A stretch of DNA of 64,000 nucleotides from Syntrophomonadaceae bacterium (GTDB taxonomy: Bacteria; Bacillota; Dethiobacteria; DTU022; UBA8154), in contig SLJK01000053.1 in assembly GCA_007135125.1 (NCBI GenBank), positions 3,974-67,973 on the forward strand. Direction: 5' to 3'. Shown in pieces: positions 60,533 to 64,000 of the stretch. The notes under the pieces are model-generated. The model worked only from the letters and a program-made list of their open reading frames with translations. It did no database searches and was not told the origin of the DNA. Numbering within the stretch: position 1 is the first letter of the stretch; each line of letters begins with the position of its first letter. Made by a program: the position numbers and the translations under genes.

Positions 60533-62032
60533 CTATGGCATCCCGCTTTGGAAAAGAAAACTGGCTGCCTTAAGGGAAAGTTCAAAAAGAAAATTATGGG
60601 GCATGAGGCCAAAAACAAAACAGCTTAATCCCAACACGGCCAAAGGGATAATCATGCCATAAGTGGCATCATCATACTCAAGGGCCAGGGATTCTTCCCC
60701 TTCATGTTCATTTTCCCCTCCAAAAAAGGCTGCAATAATAATAGGCAGATAATACAGCCCGTTTAACAAACTGCTTACCAGTAAAATAAATACGTAAAAG
60801 GGAACTCCTGCATCAAGTGCCCCCAGGGCTAACGTCCACTTGCTGAGAAATCCATTCAAGGGGGGAATACCGATCATGGCCAGCGCAGCAATGGTAAAAG
60901 CTCCCATGGTGACAGGCATTTTTTTGCCTATACCATGAAGGTCGTTAATGTTGCGCAACCCTGTTTTCCAAATAATTGCGCCTGCCGCAAGAAAGAGGGT
61001 GCTCTTCATCAAGGCGTGGCTGAAAATGTGAAAAACGTCTCCCACCAGCGCCTTTTCGTTTAAAAGAGCCATACCCATGATGATATATCCCATCTGCCCC
61101 ACACTGGAATAAGCCAGCCGCCTTTTAAGATCATCCTGGGTCAACGCAACCGCTGAACCAAGTACGATCGTTATAACCGCCAGCACACCTAAAAGAATAT
61201 CCCAATTTGCCTCTTTAACTAAAGGAATATTAAAAACGGTAAAAAGGACCCTTAGCAGGCCGTAGGCCCCGGTTTTCAGCATGATACCGGAAAGCAAAGC
61301 GCTGGCTGGTGAAGGGGCTACCGGGTGAGCATCAGGTAACCAAACATGTAAAGGGAACATACCGGCCTTCATTCCGAACCCGATCAGAAAGTTAAGAAAA
61401 GCCAGGAAAGCCATTGTACTGGGCACGGTGATAAGAGTTCCTTCACTAAGGCTGACAGAACCGGCCAGCTCAAAGGTCAGAATAATGGCGAAAAATAACG
61501 CCAGACCGCCAATAATAGTCATGATCAGGTATTTGTATCCGGCCCGCAGAGCTTCACGAGTTTCCTCATGAATAACCAGCACATATGAAATAAGAGACAT
61601 AAGTTCAAAGAAAATAAAAAGAGTAAAAAAATCACCCGCCACAAATATACCCAGGCAGCTGCCGAGAACAAATATAAATATGGGGTAAAACCTATCGCCT
61701 GCGTGTTCATGAGACATGTAATCGATGGCATAAATGGAGACCAACATCCACACAAAGGAAGAAATAAGTGCCAGGCTGAAACTCAGGATGTCCAGTCTTA
61801 CAGTAATCCCCAATCCCGGCAAAATATCAAAGATGGTATAAGCAATTACCCCTCCATCTGCCACTGAGGGGTACATAGCTACCACAGATATAAAAGTGAG
61901 CACCGCTGTTGTTACAGAAAGACCGTCACGCATTTTCTCTGAACGCCTGCTGCTAACAAAGATAACAATAGACATAAAAATTGGAAATATTACTACCCAA
62001 ACAGGCAGAAAATTATAGATAGCTGTATCCAA
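60533..62032 (-). CDS. MrpD/NuoN/NuoM-like antiporter-type membrane subunit
   Basis: 499 aa; about 14 TM; conserved antiporter-module residues. Confidence 0.8.
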   Translation of the reverse strand: MDTAIYNFLPVWVVIFPIFMSIVIFVSSRRSEKMRDGLSVTTAVLTFISVVAMYPSVADGGVIAYTIFDILPGLGITVRLDILSFSLALISSFVWMLVSIYAIDYMSHEHAGDRFYPIFIFVLGSCLGIFVAGDFFTLFIFFELMSLISYVLVIHEETREALRAGYKYLIMTIIGGLALFFAIILTFELAGSVSLSEGTLITVPSTMAFLAFLNFLIGFGMKAGMFPLHVWLPDAHPVAPSPASALLSGIMLKTGAYGLLRVLFTVFNIPLVKEANWDILLGVLAVITIVLGSAVALTQDDLKRRLAYSSVGQMGYIIMGMALLNEKALVGDVFHIFSHALMKSTLFLAAGAIIWKTGLRNINDLHGIGKKMPVTMGAFTIAALAMIGIPPLNGFLSKWTLALGALDAGVPFYVFILLVSSLLNGLYYLPIIIAAFFGGENEHEGEESLALEYDDATYGMIIPLAVLGLSCFVFGLMPHNFLFELSLKAASFLFQSGMP

Positions 62033-62101
62033 TAATGTTCACCCCTATCATTTTTATTATAGCATATCATGGAAAATCTCACTGAATATTTCCTTTCTTC
62101 C

Positions 62102-63571
62102 TCACAAACCTATCGCTCTTTCAATAAAACTGAGCACAGGAGCCGGGTAAAAACCAAAGAAGATAATGCCTACGGCCAGTACCATAACCGGGACCAGCAT
62201 TAAAGCAGGAACATCTTTGTGCTCCGACTGGGGCATGATCTGTGTCCCAAAAAAAGCATCAATCACAATGGGAAAATAATAAATTCCGTTTAACAGGCTG
62301 CTTAATAAAATCACGGCCACAAAAAAGGGCCTCTCCAAATCTAAAGCTCCAAGGGCAAGGTGCCATTTACTGATAAAACCATTAGTACCGGGGATGCCTA
62401 CCATGGAAAACGCCCCTACGGTAAAAGCCAGCATAGTAAGGGGCATCCTCATCCCGATGCCTTTTAAATCTCTTATTTTTCTTATCCCGGAAGCATAAAT
62501 GATCAAGCCGGCAGCTAAAAATAGCATGGCCTTCATCATGGCATGATTAAAAATATGCAGAAGACCCCCTGCTAGAGCCCTGCCTTCAAAAAGCCCTATC
62601 CCCATAAAAACAAACCCTATCTGTGCGATACTGGAGTAGGCCAGCATCTTTTTTATATCATCCTGTACCATGGCAATAATTGAGCCGGCTAAAATCGCCA
62701 ATACTGAAAGGAATAGAACAATATCAAGAACAGGGATTACTTCAAAAATCTGCGGCGGAAAAACCTGAAATAAAAGTTTCACCAGGGCTACTGCATAGAT
62801 CTTTATTACCAGCCCTGATAAAACTGCACTGGAAGGTGAAGGAGCCGAAGAATGAGCATCGGGCAACCAAACATGTAACGGGAACAAAGCAGACTTAACC
62901 CCTAAGGAAACAATTATTAGACTCAAAGCAATAACAATATTATAAGGATAAAGGGGCAGGACATGAGGAAGTTCCTGTGCCACATAGGTAAAATTAAGGT
63001 TCCCCGTTATCATATAAAGCATCGCCACTGCCAATAAAAAACAACCTGAGCCCATAACACTCAAAATCAAATACTTCAAACTGGCTTCAATGCATTTGCG
63101 GTCATCTTTGATGGAAATAATACCACAAGCAGCAATAGTAGAAATTTCTATAAAGACATAGAGATTGAATAGATCATTGGTTAGAGCTATTCCACACATA
63201 GCCCCCAGCAGTAACAGGTAAAGGCTGCAGTACCAATGCAGGACATCACTTTTCAATTCGTGTCTCAGATCCTCTACGCCGTAAATGAGGACTACAAAAC
63301 TGATAGAGGTAAGGACCATTAGCACGTAGGCAGAAAGATAATCTACATACAGCTCAACACCCCATGGCGGCGGCCAACCTCCTACATGGTAGCTAAAAGG
63401 ACCTTCCTTCCCCACATGCTGAAGCAGATAAATGGATATAATAAAAACAATACCAAGAACCAACAGGGTGAGCTGGAAGGCCAGGTTTCTCCGCTTTTTA
63501 CCCAACAGGGAAACAACAAAAGATACCCCAAACAGTAAAACAACCATTAAAACGGGAAGATGAAGGTACAA
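62102..63571 (-). CDS. MrpD/NuoN/NuoM-like antiporter-type membrane subunit (paralog)
   Basis: 489 aa; paralogous to 60533-62032. Confidence 0.8.
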   Translation of the reverse strand: MYLHLPVLMVVLLFGVSFVVSLLGKKRRNLAFQLTLLVLGIVFIISIYLLQHVGKEGPFSYHVGGWPPPWGVELYVDYLSAYVLMVLTSISFVVLIYGVEDLRHELKSDVLHWYCSLYLLLLGAMCGIALTNDLFNLYVFIEISTIAACGIISIKDDRKCIEASLKYLILSVMGSGCFLLAVAMLYMITGNLNFTYVAQELPHVLPLYPYNIVIALSLIIVSLGVKSALFPLHVWLPDAHSSAPSPSSAVLSGLVIKIYAVALVKLLFQVFPPQIFEVIPVLDIVLFLSVLAILAGSIIAMVQDDIKKMLAYSSIAQIGFVFMGIGLFEGRALAGGLLHIFNHAMMKAMLFLAAGLIIYASGIRKIRDLKGIGMRMPLTMLAFTVGAFSMVGIPGTNGFISKWHLALGALDLERPFFVAVILLSSLLNGIYYFPIVIDAFFGTQIMPQSEHKDVPALMLVPVMVLAVGIIFFGFYPAPVLSFIERAIGL

Positions 63572-63572
63572 G

Positions 63573-63947
63573 TTATTGGTCCTCCCTGGTTCTTAACATT
63601 GCAATTTCATCCGCATCACAAGTGCCATAAGTGGCGTAAAGCTTTACGATAAGGCTAAGAGCATAAGCTGTAACGCTGACAGCCACAACGATACCGGTCA
63701 ATATGAGGGCTGAAGGCAGTGGATTTATATAAAGCAGCCCCCCTTCTTCCGCAATAATAGGAGCTCTTCCACCTCTAACATAACCTATGGATACAAAAAA
63801 AAGAAATATCCCCGTTTCCATGATATTCATTCCCATAACCTTCTTTATCATATTGGAATGAGTTAGCATGGTATGAAGGCCAATTACAAATAAAACCATG
63901 GCTACAAAGTAGTAATAATTATCCAGAATTTTAATTATTATTTCCAC
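63573..63947 (-). CDS. mrpC: MrpC/MnhC (NuoK-like) subunit
   Basis: 124 aa; 3 TM; conserved PLPSALILTGIVV segment; 1-bp spacing to the next gene. Confidence 0.75.
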   Translation of the reverse strand: MEIIIKILDNYYYFVAMVLFVIGLHTMLTHSNMIKKVMGMNIMETGIFLFFVSIGYVRGGRAPIIAEEGGLLYINPLPSALILTGIVVAVSVTAYALSLIVKLYATYGTCDADEIAMLRTREDQ

Positions 63948-64000
63948 TACTATCCTCTCCCGTGCTTAAGCTAAAAAAAAGGGTTGTCATGGTAGAGGCT

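Overview
This window is a Gram-positive (Clostridia/Peptococcaceae-like) chromosomal segment of about 45% GC. It is almost fully coding, and most genes lie on the minus strand. No rRNA, tRNA, CRISPR array, IS element or prophage is visible. From left to right it contains: (i) a TPR protein and a YhaM-like exoribonuclease. (ii) A complete Wood-Ljungdahl carbonyl-branch operon, cooC-acsA-acsB-acsC-acsD-acsE followed by metV-metF, closed by a bidirectional terminator. (iii) The canonical ctsR-mcsA-mcsB-clpC stress operon with a near-perfect CtsR operator. (iv) mgtC, an M24 aminopeptidase, and an SNF/NSS Na+-dependent transporter that is followed by a translationally coupled 34-aa single-TM ORF. 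(v) trxA-trxB, a STAS protein, a phospho-sugar mutase, and nfu-thiI-nifS. (vi) A DUF5320-Fur family-radical SAM/SPASM-UspA operon. (vii) A NitT/TauT-type ABC transporter plus a DUF364-like protein. (viii) A conserved but functionally undescribed metallocluster-type operon: IscU-like scaffold, CodY, Mrp/ApbC, a tandem NifX/NifB-like (FeMo-co binding fold) fusion, a second DUF5320 paralog, and two MinD/ParA-type P-loop ATPases with inserted 2x[4Fe-4S] ferredoxin domains. (ix) serC, an aminotransferase, a tautomerase, an orphan NrdG-like activase, rng with the TIGR03960/TIGR03936 radical SAM pair, rodA-mrdA-mreDCB, radC, maf, a Gx transporter and apbE. (x) Part of an Mrp/complex-I-like antiporter module (MrpC, two MrpD-like, and an MrpA/NuoL-like subunit with an unusual tandem 25-aa repeat domain before its last TM helix). 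The most interesting signal is a duplicated two-box upstream module (a TTGACA-containing box plus a Fur-box-like 'GATAATGAGAATCTTTCTCT', about 75 bp apart). It precedes both DUF5320-led operons, which ties the Fur-family/rSAM operon to the IscU-Mrp-NifX-DUF5320-MinD(FeS) operon as a putative co-regulated metal/Fe-S cofactor system.
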